64,000 nt of DNA from Tubulanus polymorphus. Lineage: Eukaryota > Animalia > Nemertea. The stretch lies in assembly GCF_964204645.1 (NCBI RefSeq), contig NC_134032.1:10156275-10220274 (forward strand). Direction: 5' to 3'. The notes beneath the pieces are model-generated. The model had not been told where the DNA came from. It saw only the letters and a list, made by a program, of their open reading frames with translations, and ran no database searches. Both the position numbers and the translations under genes were made by a program. Shown here piece after piece: positions 25,001 to 36,949 of the stretch (position 1 is the first letter of the stretch; each line of letters opens with the position of its first letter).

Positions 25001-26769
25001 TACTGATTCGATAAGTTTGATGCATGCAGAAATATGAAAGATTTTACTGAGGGTCTCACTATTGATTACTGATTAATTTGAACATTTTCTATTTCAATGA
25101 TATGTTACTGAAAAAAATTCAATTTGTTTCTGATGGCACTTGTTGTGGTTGGCAGCCCAGCATTACCATACCGTTTCGATAGTTACTAATATTTCACATG
25201 TTTGATGGGTGCTGCCATCTTTCAATAGGGATACTAATTAACAATAACAGGGGTACTCCGCTTGTCAGGGTAGAGGTAATAATATAGTGTGGGACGGATT
25301 ATACACCGCGTAGCGGGGCATTGCAGGTACTGAAAAGGTGTATATAGCAGGGTGGCCAAAAGTCAGGGAATTTTCTTGGGAATTTTGTTTAAAAAAATGC
25401 TAAAAGTCAGCAGGGAAGTTTGTTTGGATTGCTAGATCGCGCTTAAGATCGAATAGTTAAGTTATGTGTAAGACTGTGAAGTGATTGGATTCTTAGCCAA
25501 GTCGGGGAAAACAATGCGCATGTCAGGAAATAGGGCAAATCGAAACCAAAAAAACAACCCTGCATAGGTATGAATGGTACGATGTTTATGACCAAATTGT
25601 TTTTTGTTTCGTCAGATCAAGTATACTCAAGGTGGATTGGACAATCTGGAGACGGCGAGAGCGTACTTCTCACAAGCAGCGAAACTCAACAGTAACAATA
25701 TGAGAGCGTTATTCGGTTTATTCATGGTACGCATCATCTTAGGCTAAAAACAAATGATACCTTGTTTCTCCTAATCGGCCGTGGGGGGGGGGTCATTTTT
25801 GTAAACAGAAATAGAATTTGAAGTTCATTTCTATAACTGCCGGGTCTGTTATGGTTAGCTTGGTCACAATTTTTTAAAAAAAGTTATGTACAGGGCAGGT
25901 TCGCAGCCAGCCAGGTCAACTTTTAAGCTCAGCAGAAATGAGAGGTATCAATTTTTTAGCCTTACGAAAAAAAGAGAATCACTTTGAACTCGGTGAGAAA
26001 TCGTACTTTTGTTCTCTAACTTCAGGCGGCCACGAATTTGGCGGCGAAAAGCAAATCGGAACAGAAGAAAGAAAATATCAAATACGCCGCGTGGGCTGCA
26101 AAAATGATCAACGAAAAATATCAGGTTCGCTTTTTATAACGACTTTTGAAATTCGGGGGCCAGATATCTCGAAAGAAAAAAAATAGTTATCATGGTAATG
26201 CAGTTTGAATCGTCACTTTATCGGTTGTTATTCACTCAACAACTTTAACCATAGATGTATAATCGAATTAACACGTCTATGCATTTACGTAACTAAACAA
26301 TTTGTCCCTGCACCCAGCTACTAAGTTGTCTCATTTCGACTGAGTTCAAATTACATTGAACATAGTTCATCTTAAGATGTCTTAACTTAAGTCGAATATA
26401 AACCGAGAACTGGGTCCTCCTGGTTATTCCACGTATGGGGAATTTTGATGATGTCATAGGGGGATCTACGCAGCTGTGATCTTTTCCGGAGGACTCTATA
26501 CGAGCAATTTAATGATTTTGCGAGGGGATCCATGAAGGCGGCTATCAATTTTTCGATGATGTCGTAGGGGGATTTATTAAAAGCAGCCATCTTCTACAGA
26601 AATATATTTCGAGTTTGATTTGATGATGTCATAGGGGGGTTTCACGGAGCCGTCATCGCTGAGACCGTGTCGATTTTGTTTTCAGATGAAGAAACCGGTG
26701 TTAGACGGAAGTCAGTTGAAAACTCTTGAGTCGATGTTGTCCAGTTTAGAGATATCGCCGAGTGTATGA
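1049..26769 (+). CDS. EMC2: ER membrane protein complex subunit 2 (TTC35, TPR protein), 10 coding exons, 289 aa
   Basis: Exons 1049-1073, 1476-1589, 1881-1945, 3142-3227, 3633-3690, 5050-5135, 24693-24834, 25616-25726, 26026-26124, 26686-26769 sum to 870 nt in frame with GT/AG ends. Motifs [50 protein letters not shown] and [10 protein letters not shown] match EMC2. AATAAA near 27139 and 27517. Confidence 0.96.
1633..1770. mobile_element. Short hairpin MITE, PIF/Harbinger-like; similar short elements near 3340-3435, 4483-4600, 27308-27402, 32968-33103, 43120-43212
   Basis: CAGGGGC...GCCCCTG termini with long imperfect inverted arms and no ORF. Confidence 0.55.
2101..2865. mobile_element. Non-autonomous DNA transposon (MITE) with ~110-bp TIRs and TA target duplication
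   Basis: AAGTCTATTTATTTTTGATTGTCCACGATC... at 2101 is reverse-complementary to ...GATCGTGGACAATCAAAAATAAATAGACTT ending at 2865. TA on both sides. The empty site aligns with the neighbouring repeat unit near 3000. Confidence 0.85.
3270..3544. mobile_element. Tigger/pogo-like MITE remnant with a nested Harbinger-like MITE
   Basis: Right end ...GTTCGTTGTAACAAGGTTCGACTG-TA is shared with 50899..51021; internal TTCGTTATA repeats. Confidence 0.55.
6502..6778. mobile_element. piggyBac-type MITE
   Basis: TTAA-CCCTTTCAGTGC...GCACTTAAAGGG-TTAA. Near-identical copy at 30419..30706 and decayed pieces near 23346, 25190, 28640 and 32140. Confidence 0.85.
7946..8192. mobile_element. One end of a probable CACTA/EnSpm-like element
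   Basis: Starts CACTCTTAGAA, followed by many AGAACC/GGTTCT subterminal repeats in both orientations. Matching other end not found. Confidence 0.45.
12325..12780. repeat. Purine (GA)-rich low-complexity tract
   Basis: Almost all G/A on the + strand with recurring GTCAAATAGAG and GCCTGGGAGAG units. Confidence 0.85.
13197..13500. repeat. Minisatellite, ~39-bp unit, ~8 copies
   Basis: Unit GGCAAAACAGGCAAAACACGGGGAACTGATTTCTCTTTG. Confidence 0.9.
14070..15535. repeat. Tandem satellite, 65-bp unit of two related subunits, ~22 copies
   Basis: Unit GAAGTCATTACTGAGCTAAGACTGGTCTCAAATTAAAGTAATGGACTGAGACTGGGTCTCAAGTT with degenerate flanking copies. Confidence 0.95.
15879..16657 (+). promoter_or_regulatory. 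Cluster of co-oriented CTCF-like motifs
   Basis: CCACTAGGTGGCGCTAG occurs twice identically (15879..15895, 16641..16657), with degenerate versions near 16432, 16508 and 16562. Confidence 0.55.
18205..18990. repeat. Degenerate tandem repeat (~60-120-bp units)
   Basis: Recurring GTCCGATGTTCGGTGTTTGTAGTTCATTTTC and GAAGTCCTGAACAC motifs. Confidence 0.7.
20397..20454 (+). promoter_or_regulatory. CRE / AP-1-like / TATA core promoter of the nested gene
   Basis: TGACGTAG 20397..20404, TGACTAA 20432..20438, TATAAAA 20448..20454. No ATG between the TATA box and the ORF start at 20847. Confidence 0.65.
20847..21464 (+). CDS. Intronless 205-aa protein nested in EMC2 intron 6; putative PKI-like PKA inhibitor with two pseudosubstrate-like motifs
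   Basis: GC-rich open frame in an AT-rich intron. [10 protein letters not shown] (Ala21) is followed by NES-like LYAVSKLEF, then an S/E-rich region, a 7/14-aa [14 protein letters not shown] array, and VSRLNI...RRRNGLANI. Promoter upstream, AATAAA at 23070. Function is inferred. Confidence 0.7.
   Translation: MLSETEINVNRFTEPRRRRNAMANIFSGLRPADVECLYAVSKLEFEERQLRTSSHSEEGEAGLSVQQTDEANPSAQETSPSAYDSSPSAQKTSSSAYDSSPSALETSTSAYDSSPSALEMSPSAYDSSPSARETSASEAESNLIACVVVSRLNIDNDAVRDRTRFHRRRNGLANILDPYNVGHRFELNNQHAFHAVVNTTSSMCR
23070..23075 (+). terminator. Probable polyadenylation signal of the nested gene
   Basis: AATAAA ending a 1.6-kb AU-rich region with ATTTA and TGTAAATA motifs. Confidence 0.5.
24085..24352. 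repeat. 60-bp tandem repeat (~4.5 copies) of the dispersed intronic GATGATGTCATAGGGGGATTTATGGAGGCAGCCATC family
   Basis: Unit TTTATTGATGAAAATGGCTACCTCCTAAAATCATCTTATGACATCATCAAAC...; same family recurs in many introns of the window. Confidence 0.85.
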
Positions 26770-28067
26770 ACACCGGCGAGGGGGTCGGCGTCGTTCACAG
26801 ATTCTAGTCAAAACAATAGTTACATTCAGCCACCACTACTACGCACTTACGAAATTTGAATCCTCGTTCATTAAGTTAAAAAAGTTAAAAGCCGCCGCGA
26901 TAAAAGTTCCTAATTCAGGTTTTCGTCGCTTCGTTTTTAAAAGGAGGCGCCTTATTCCACGACAAACAGTTGTTATACTTGTTTGTATAATGAAAGATTT
27001 TTGTAAAATTGTTCGCCAGTTCCGGGTCAGAGCCTGGATGGTTTTAATTACTGTGACCTGTATACGTGTAGTAACTCACTGGTGGTGGAAAAATGTGTTT
27101 GTACATTCGTAAAAAAAAAACTGAAAAGAAATCCGTTGAAATAAAAATAGATGATATGCGGAACCCATTTGATACGTAACGCATCGTTTATGGGAAAATA
27201 TATTCAGTTTGAATTAAAACTGAATCTAGTGGAACCTCGTTGCAACGAACTTCAGAGGATCAGAAAATCTAAGCGTCTTAACTAATAGTAGTACGTGTTA
27301 TAATCCAGGTCCCAGTTTCCCAAAAAGGCTCAATTCCTAAATAGATTTCAGCTGAAATTAAATTAAGTTGATTTTAGTTACACCTTTTTGTGAAACTGGG
27401 CTCGGTATGACATTATTAACGCATTTTCTCATTTGAGAAAAAGTTTTCCGGGTTTCTTGTCGGCTCAACGACAGAAATGTTCTCATCATTTTATGTATAA
27501 TTTGACTCATGCGCGAAATAAAAACCATGTTTTGTAAATTGCAAATTCACCGTTTCAGCTTGAAACATTTTCGTTTTAGTTTTATGGCGTTCTGCTGTCT
27601 TGATCTTTGAGGAGAGGGAGGAGGCAGATCCAAGGGGAGAAGCTGAGTTTAGAAAAAGAAAATATGCTTAATATTAACTTTATTGAGATGAGTAACTTTT
27701 TCACTTCTCAAATTTTAGGTAAAACAAAGACCAGTAGTGAGATTAGCGTACAGTAAAATTTTCACATTTTTTTCTCCATTTTTTCTTTCAAAATATGATA
27801 GAATCTACTACATGTGCAGTGCTTATTTGCCTTGATGACAAGATATACGTACTCAAATTCCAAAACTAGGCCTTAAGAGCAGCATACCAAAATAACGAGG
27901 GAAAATAGAAAGAATATTTTTGAGGAACATTCTCACATTCGGTCATATATTTCAGTTTCTATTATCAGAATTCACATCTATCTCAACCCTGAAAGAATTT
28001 CATTTCTTTCTGATCAACTTTTTTGAGTCCTGTTTTGTGTAACTACTAAATACGCTCTTGATGCGTG

Positions 28068-31000
28068 TCACGTTTTCGCTGAGGCCGATTCAGCTACCCG
28101 CACCGATTCCGATTCCTCAGTTGTATTTTCGTTGTCTTTCTGCTGTTGTTGTTGTTGCTGCTGTTGCGTTCGAAGCCTCAGTTTTTCGAGGTTGTTTTTC
28201 TTGTTCATCAGTTTGCGATGTTTAGCCGACGTCTCGGGCGGCGCGTCCATGCGGAAATATTTCTCGCGGAAGTTATTGTCCTGAAAGTGGTCGAGTTCCA
28301 CCTGCGCACTCTCCTCCGCCTACATGGGAAGAATACATAAGTTTCCGGTGATTGAACATTTAGGTTCATCCATTGTTCATCCATTGTAAGTAATTTTATG
28401 TCTTATGGGGATTTATGGAGGCACCTATCTTTTAAAATGACGATAGGAGTAATCTAATGAATTACGGAAGTGTCCATCTTGGAATTTAGGGGTGATTTTA
28501 TACCATTGGAAGAGGCAGCAATCTTGGAATTTAAGGGGAAATTTGATGATGTTGTAGGAGGACTTATGGAGGCAGACATCTTTTCTGGAAGTCTCTTTAG
28601 TATGTCAAAGTCTGTTATTAAACTTGGTGGTTCAGAAATTAAAATTTTGAAATTATCTCCAGCACTTATGGGTATCAGTTAGTCAGCACTGAAAGGGTTA
28701 ATGCTTTCCTTTTTAATACTGTGATATATAGTGATCATAGGGATTTTTATGAAGGCTGCCATATTTCCTGCTTTATCCTAGGGGATATGACTATGTTATC
28801 GAGGGATTTATGCAAACATCTCTCATGAAGCGTCTAAGAGCTATCAATGATGTCATTGGGTGATTTACGGAGGCAGCCATCTTTCTATTTTTCAGAGAGA
28901 CTTACGTTGAATTCGTGTATTTTCTCCATGGTGATCAGCCGTCTGCTGATGTGACTAGTTATAGGCTGTTCACAATTAGCGACCAGATTTAAACCGGCGT
29001 GTCGCGGAATGTTACTTTCTACGTACCTAGAAAACAAAGCTAAAGATTTCACGAAGCGGTCTTTTACTTTTCCAGTTTTTAGACGTTTAGTGATTGTTTA
29101 CGTGGGTCCCTACAGATCAGTCATTCCCGGATTGTAAGGAGTTTTTAAGGAGAAAATTTCTTTAAAAAGCATTTTCCATTTAGAAAGAGTTTTTAAGGAA
29201 TTGAAAAGTCATAGGGACCCTGTTTATGAGAAGAAATTCCATAGAAAATAAAGTTTTTTACAGTTTGTAACTTACTCAGGTCGGTGTATAGGTAACCAGT
29301 ATACCAGTCGACCCCCGAGTTTTAAATGCTTCGCCGCGAAATTCAACAAATCCTTGAAAATATCCGACATCAAATATTTCTTCTTCGAAGGAACATGGTT
29401 TATCTTACTGAAATGATAAAGAACTCGATGATGTCATAGGGGATTCATTGAGGCTGCCATCTTTTGCGAAGTAGTGACTATGAAGGTAAATTCGATGATG
29501 TCATAAGGGGACAAATGGAGGCAGCTACCGGTATGTATTTTATGTAAGTTGATGATGTCATAGGGTGTCATGAAGTGTCTCTGGAGGTAATTTATGATCT
29601 AATAGGGGGGACAAATTGAAGCACCCATGTTTATATTTAGCAATATTTTGATGATGTCATTGGTGGATCTTAAGGAGACAACTCTTGTCTTCTGATGAAA
29701 TTTTTATGATGTCATAACGGGATTTAAAGCGGTGACTTTCAATGATGTCATATGGGGAAAAAATAGAGGCGGTAATCTTTTTTAAACGTACTCTTCGTCG
29801 GTTAGAGTTTTGATATTGCCAGTTTTAGAGCCGAGTTTCATCGCAGGTTCCCTGATGCCGTACGGTGCTAAAAAAAAAAATCAAAAATAGACCCCATCAA
29901 AATTGAGACTTAAAGCACAATTCTTACGCGCACTCGGTTGTTTTATAGTACTTACGATCGGCTACAATCGCGTCGAATTTTAAGCTGTCGCGATAGACGT
30001 GATATTTGGAAGCGTCGGAGATCATGACGTCGATATATTGACTTTCCATTCCGTACTGGCGCAAGTTCGCGCGGACGTTTTCATCGGGTCCGCGGACTTT
30101 CTGGTCATGTCGACTCGGGCGCCCTTGAAATAGACGAATTGAAATAAGAGTTATAAGAATTTCAGGCGGGGTGAGTGCGGTATCGAAGTTTTCCCTCAGG
30201 ATAAATCCTTAACCTGGGCCTGGTTTTATATTTTGGTTATCAAGGTTATGCCTAGGAAAAAATCCGATGAAATGGCAAATTCATTCTTAAGCAAAAATCC
30301 TTAACCAAAATTTAAAAGATTGATACCTCATTTTTGCTGCGCTTAAAAGTAGACCCGGTCGGCTGCCTATCTTCCCTGTACATCACTATTTTTAAAATCA
30401 TGACCAACCTTACCTTAACCCTTTCAGTGCTGGCTAATTAATACCCTATAGTGCTGAAGATAATTTGAAAATTCTGAAAAAATTCCACCCTAGTGTGTTG
30501 GATAACGGGAATAGCACTATAGTGCGTCTACACCCTGGCGCGGTATATCGTTAGTTACTAATATTTCACTATGTTTGACAGGTGCTGCCATCTTTCAAGG
30601 GATATAATTAGTAATTACTAATTAAATCAATACACCGCAGTGCAGTGTACTAGCAGAATCCATCACTGATTCATACACCGCACTGCGGTGTAGACGACTG
30701 AAAGGGTTAATAGACCGGCTGGCAGCCATAGAAATGAACTGATCACAAATTTCATTGCAGTTTACATACAAAATGACCAAACTGATTGGAAGAAACATTG
30801 TGTCATTTCTATTTAGCCTGAACCTGGTTTTTTATATCGTGGGTATTAAAGCTATCCCTGAGAGTAAAATAATCTGGATACGCTTTCGAAGACTGGGTTT
30901 AAACCTACCTTTCCCGTGCAGTAGAAGGTAGTCGATATCTGTACCCATGACGTAAGCGCCGTAGTGGGCCGCGGCGACTAGCAGGCTACCCGTACCGACG

Positions 31001-34000
31001 AATGGATCCATGACGACATCGTTCTTCTGAACGCTGGCCATGTTGCCCATGATCAACGATAGACCCGGATCCATACTGGTATTACCTTAAAACAGAAATA
31101 CGAAGTAGGGCCAGTTTTGATATATGTCGGCGAACTGGAACCAGTTCCACAGTTACGTTAAGTTGGACCCTTCAGAATAAAAATTATTTCATTTCCAATT
31201 TTTGAAGTCTAGATTTGAATTGTAGATGGGAACTGGATCAAGTTGTATGCAGTTCTTAGTTCCTAGTCAACTTTTCGACAGAATGCTAGGACTCCGCAGT
31301 CAAATCTGCAGTCAAAACTGTGGAACAGGGTTCTTTCTGGCTATTTAGAAATTTTGGCATCACACGTACCGATGAAATGTCTCTTCTTTAAATTAAAATG
31401 ATTCGGGAGGGTTCTATTGCCGTCTGCTATCTGAAAATTAGAATTAACCCCTTGAAATTAGAACATTCAGAAAAGACCTGTTTTAATCAACTTGAATAAC
31501 TTGTCGGTGTATCATAACAATGCGAGAAAATCAAGGTACTCGGAGAAAGTTGCCCGTCTTTCCCTGGTTTCTACCCAAAAGAGCCCCTTGAAATGCCCGA
31601 TATTCCGGTCCCAGATTTCTCCTCGATTGGTTAAAACCCCGTTTTACAACGTACGTACCCATCGGCCGATATAGACGTGGAGAGGGTCGGCGGGCGGAGT
31701 GGACCCTCGCAATCCGAAATATTCCAACAAACAAAACTTTTCATCTGGATTCGACAGTTGAATGTTTCCTTTGCTGCCCAAACTATCGACGACTTTCTGG
31801 AAAAAAAATTACGCAGAATCAAGTCAGAATTTGTTTTTTATTATAGGCCTAAATACAACTATCTAATCAATAATTGGACTCGTGCAATATCAAGAGGAGC
31901 ACTGTGTGCCCCCAGCTATCCTGCCAGATGGGCAAAAATGCCTTATACAGTCAAACAAATCATAATTATGACAATCATTATGCTGATGACTTTCACTCCG
32001 TAAATTGAATTGAAAATAGGTACAAATTAGGACTGAAGAATTCAGAACTAAAGAACTGTATCTGTATTGAAAGGTGGCTGCAGCTGCTGTCAAACATAGT
32101 GGAATATTCGTACCCAAGCAAAGTGTAGATGCACCATAGCCAGTATACGCCTGTTATTTAACACACTGGGGCGAAATTCTTTGATATTTTCAAATCATCA
32201 TCAGCATTTACAGGGAATGAATAAATCAGTACTGAAAGGGTTAATGAACTACTGGTATCTACGAACCTCGATTCGCGCTAGTTTCTCGTCGATGTGCAAA
32301 CTACGGTTGTAAACATCGACCTTGACTTTGTACGATACATCTGCTTTTAAATATGGCGTCTGTAGCGAATGAAGATAAAGAAATCGTCCGTAGTATTTTC
32401 GAACTACTCATTATGATAATGACTTATTGAAGCGATCGAATTGGTGAAGAAAATCTCTGAATCCGAATTCAATGAAAATCTTCGACGTTTTGAATTTTTG
32501 CAGAGAAAAATTGATTATGTTTTCTACTACACAATTTTCTGCTACTATAACCTATAGTTATGAAGAAAATTTGCGGAAAATTTAAAAAAAAATTTTGCAT
32601 TATGAATTGCAGATATGATTGTAATGAAAAAATTTAATGTTTCGAATTTTTGCAGTTATTCAAATAAATAATTCCATAGTTAATGAGAAAATTCTGAAGT
32701 TTCGATGAAAATGTTACCTTGAATTCGTCTGGGAGTGATTTGAGTTGTTTGAAGACGTCGCTGTGAGTGTTTCCACTCGACCACAGTTCGTAGATCGAAC
32801 GAACGAGGACGGCGCGACCGGCAAGTTTCCTCGCGCACTCCTCAGAAGGCAACGTCACCACTACAAACGGGTTCTACGAGAGAGAAAATTAGGCAATTCG
32901 ACGACATCCGTCGTGTGGGGCATTCATGAAGGCAATTTTGGATATCATTAAGAGAGACCCGCAATATCCGGTTGCTCAAAAGATTGTTAGAGTTAACCAG
33001 TGGATAGTTGATATGGTGAAAATTTATATTTCGTTGTGATATGGTGAAATTTTAAATTGCGTTGTTACTATGGCCCGTTAACCAACTTTTGAGCAACTGG
33101 TCCCTTTTATTGTTTTTTCTTACATATCAGGTGGAATCCTTCCACCCATCTTCAAAGTTTATTCGGAAAATATCTTCAAAATGAACTCTGATGATGTGGG
33201 TTTCCCTAAATGATATTCTTCAAACCTGGAAATAGTCTGAACTAATTACGAGGAGTTTTGGATGTCTGAATGGGTAATTCGTCGGGGGGAATTCATGGAG
33301 ATTGTGGCCAGCTATTCTGGAAAATGCCTAAGGTTATAAATCTGGTGATGTCAAAGGGCGATTAAGAAGAGTATCGAAGTCACAGCCCATTTGATGATGT
33401 CAGGAAATATCTTTCCGGAAAATGTCTATTCAAAGGTTGATTAATCGAGGCAGATCGGATGATGTCATGTAGCAGATTAAAGGAGACCAGTGCCCCCTAG
33501 TGGTAGGGTCGCTGCTTACGTCATTTTGAGGTCGCTCTGTAACGATTTTCAATTTCGTGTTTATCAACGTCGCGATCGATTTTATTTCCTACAAAAAAAA
33601 AAAATTATGATTGTCACCGACCGTGGATTCCAGGAACAAGGATTAAAGAAACTAGGGAGCGACTGCAGTTTAGGTGTCCTTAATGATTATGTACTAGTAC
33701 CTAGCCTAACCATAAAACTATTCTTTAATACGCCACACACACAGAGTGGAAAGGTGACCCAAACTGCAGTTAGACCGAAACGAGCCCTTTACCGGGCCGG
33801 GCAACACGAAAGATCATAATCATACTCTAGGCAAAGGTAAGTCTGTTTCAGTTATTCGTTTAACCTTTCAATTTATCATCGATTTCTTTACTCATTCAAT
33901 CAAGATTGATTAAAAGCCAAAAAGGAACTGGATTTAATCCAAAACCGTTTTTTAGTCTCTAAACCCTTTTTGTAATGAAACGAGAGATCAATTTTTCCCA

Positions 34001-34308
34001 TAGAAGAGTTAGAGTTTGATTCTTTTTCAAACCTGATCATGAATTCAGGGATTAACAAAAGTAACGAAGAAGCTGTCAAAAAAGTTGATTTGTTATTTAG
34101 ATCGGACTGTTTAAAATCTGGCTCTTAGAAAATGATTCGGGTTACGATCAAGAGAATGGGAACCGTTTCAAAATGCACACACGCTCATTTAAACATAATT
34201 GATACCAACCGCAACTCGAAAATCAACGTGTTCATTCGCAAATTGGATTAAATATCGGCGAAAAGCGTGTTCTATGGGCGCGGCCATATTGTCTACGGGC
34301 GCAGCCAT
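28068..34308 (-). CDS. TRMT11: tRNA (guanine(10)-N2)-methyltransferase, 12 coding exons
   Basis: Exons 34308-34210, 33588-33520, 32873-32718, 32359-32267, 31796-31659, 31430-31370, 31085-30909, 30123-29956, 29867-29792, 29407-29276, 29026-28906, 28319-28068 join in frame. Motifs KKRHFIGNTSMD, DPFVGTGSLL, GTDIDY, DAIVADPPYGIRE, GGRLVYWLP, NNFREKYF. Confidence 0.96.
30419..30706. mobile_element. piggyBac-type MITE (second copy)
   Basis: TTAA-CCCTTTCAGT...ACTGAAAGGG-TTAA, highly similar to 6502..6778. Confidence 0.85.
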
Positions 34309-34574
34309 TTTGAATTTACCCTATATCGCGGTATCGGTTGGGCTGTTGGTATCACGTATACGTTTACGGAGCGATACCGGACGTCCGTGTTCTCCGAGTC
34401 GTCACGAAAAGCCACTCTAACGCACTTTTACGCTACATGAGCAAAATATTGTCATTTATCAATAAACGTGCGCAATGGAACAATTTATATTACCTTCTAT
34501 TGGTTCAAGTCCATGATTTTCAGAGCCATGGTTTGTTCAATACGAGTTAAATCCCACAATAAATGAATTAAGTG

Positions 34575-36010
34575 ATAAAATGTTTATTAAAACATATAAG
34601 AAATATTTCGGGTGGTTATACTACCACCCTATGACTTGCCAAATACAAACACAGTATTAATACATGAAATAAGACACGAATCGCTGCACATTACATTATG
34701 GGGACTAGAGCACTGACATAACTTGAAAGAAGTTTATTATGGGGGCTGAAACCATTATTGAGGTTGACAGAACGATCGGAATTAGTGGTAATAAAAGCAG
34801 ATTCAACTATATGTCGTTTAGTGCGACTGCTGTTGGGAAAAATAATATTGGCTCCAGAAAAATCAAAATTGTGTCCGGTAACCAAAGAATGAGACTACCC
34901 CCCTTTCTAATTTAACCCTATTGAATACATCTCGTTTATGTTCTTTAATACGTTCCTTAATATTCCTACCAGTTTCCCCAATGTAAAAAAGGTTACAATC
35001 AGAACAGTTAATTTTATAAACTTCACAATGGACATTAGTGCTCAGATTGTTATTGGAGCAAAAATTAGAAATTTTGTTATTATACTTGAAAATTAAAATA
35101 GTATTTAAATGACGAAGAGCCGGTTTGAATTTGTCGAGGCAAGGGACAAAGGGAACTATAATTTTGTTTTTTGGTTTAGACGAGTCAATAGGATCACGGG
35201 GTTGAGCAGGAGAGAAAAATTTGTGAAGGGCTTTCACTAAAATCTTGTCCGGGTATGCAAGTTTTTTAAAACTGGATTGAATATGTAAAATCTCATGATC
35301 TAAAAAGTTTTTATCACAAATCCTATAAGCCCGAAGGAAGATACCTTGAACAACGGCCACTTTAAGGTAAGTTGGAGTGAACGAGAAGAAATGTAGGTAG
35401 GATTCACAGTTAGTAGGTTTACGAAAAACAGAGAAACCTAATCTCGAATTAAAATTATGTATGAGAACATCCAGAAAGGACATTTTCCGTCAACTTCCCA
35501 CTCAAAGGTGAACTTCAAGGAAGGATAAAGGGAATTAAGATATGTCAAGAAAGATTCAAGGTTAAAATCAGTTGATACTAAACATAAAATGTCATCAACA
35601 TACCTGAGCCATAGAAGAGGTGCAAACCCAGTGTATAGGGGTACAATTTCCGATTCAATGTTCTAAGAAGAAGTTAGCTAAAATCGGCGAGAGGGGGTTG
35701 CCCATTGCGAAACCATATATTTGCTCAAAGAAAATACCATCAAATTGAAAATAGGCTCTTCTGGCACATAATTCTAAAAGGTCAATGAGACAGTTAATTG
35801 AGACAGGAAAATTCAAATTTAAGGATGGAAGTTTACGTTTAATGAAATCTAACGTTGGTTCCAGAGGGATGTTAGTGAATAGAGAGACTGCATCAAAAGA
35901 GATGAACTTGTTACCATTGGGGGTAATGTGACGTAATCTTTGTAATAAATCCATATTATGTTTGATATGAGAACCAGAGAATGACCCAAGTAAGGGAGAA
36001 AGCATGGTTT
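34575..36010 (-). mobile_element. 5'-truncated, frameshifted Penelope-like retroelement (RT + GIY-YIG endonuclease)
   Basis: FISFDAVSLFTNIP, GFAMGNPLSPILAN, WLRYVDD (~35590-35612), FLDVLI, and YKINCSDCNLFYIGETGRNIKERIKEH, spread over broken frames. Confidence 0.9.
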
Positions 36011-36949
36011 GTTCAGCCGAGGGGGCACCAGAACGCCTCGAGATCTGACATCCAAGGGCAGAGCCCCTTGCCCCCCAAAAAGATTTCGAAATTTCAATGA
36101 CGATTTCTTAACTCAGTTGATTTATAGTATCACCCGCATTTTGACCAGAGAGATTTTGCGGGACATACGAGTGTCTAAAAGATTGTCGTAAGCTACAAAT
36201 TCGGCTAAAAGGCTTTTGAAATAGTTGAAGCACCCACGGCAACTTTTATTCCTCCTTCGTATTTTTATCACAAATGTTCAATAAGAAAAACTTATCTTTT
36301 TTGTTATGCCCGTCTTGATTTTCAATGTAGTAGGTAAAAGTTATGTTCATCTTGATTTTCAATCTCGTAATTCACAATATCTAAACCATTTAATTAAAAG
36401 AAAATTTTATCTTCACTTTTTTCCTGTTCCCTTCCATTTTAAAACCCCTTAAAAAATCATCTTTATTTTCCCGGTTCGCTCTCCCACATTTTTCTTGAAA
36501 ACAATCCGAGTACTCCATGTTATTAAAAAGGCCTAATTACCTACGCGACTCGACTTCTCAACGTGCAACCCCTTCGTATGCATATAGGCCTAGTTTCAGG
36601 TCTATCCTTAAACCCGACAAAAGTTAGAAACCACGTGTCTTCTGTTGATTTTCTATTCCAATTCGGAAATGAAAAATTTCGTTTTTAATCTCAGATCAAA
36701 AACGAAATTTCTTACTGACTGCTGAATTTTCATTTAATAGGTTTAATCGTCTATTCTCCACTTATCAGTGTGTTATTCAACGTATGTCGTTGTGTACCGT
36801 GTGCTGTGCAGGCGGTGGTGGCGGCGGGCACACATGTAATTGAAAAGAAATGTATCCGTATTAATTCGAATCGTTTACTTTAGAGTCGGTATTTTTCAAA
36901 TCACGAACAAATGTCGAGCAAGGAGCGTACCGCGTGTCGGATTGACTCG

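Noticed and set aside
34605-34640. Hammerhead in the 3' end of the Penelope copy
   Set aside because: Stem II and GAAA are present but the CUGANGA core is missing.
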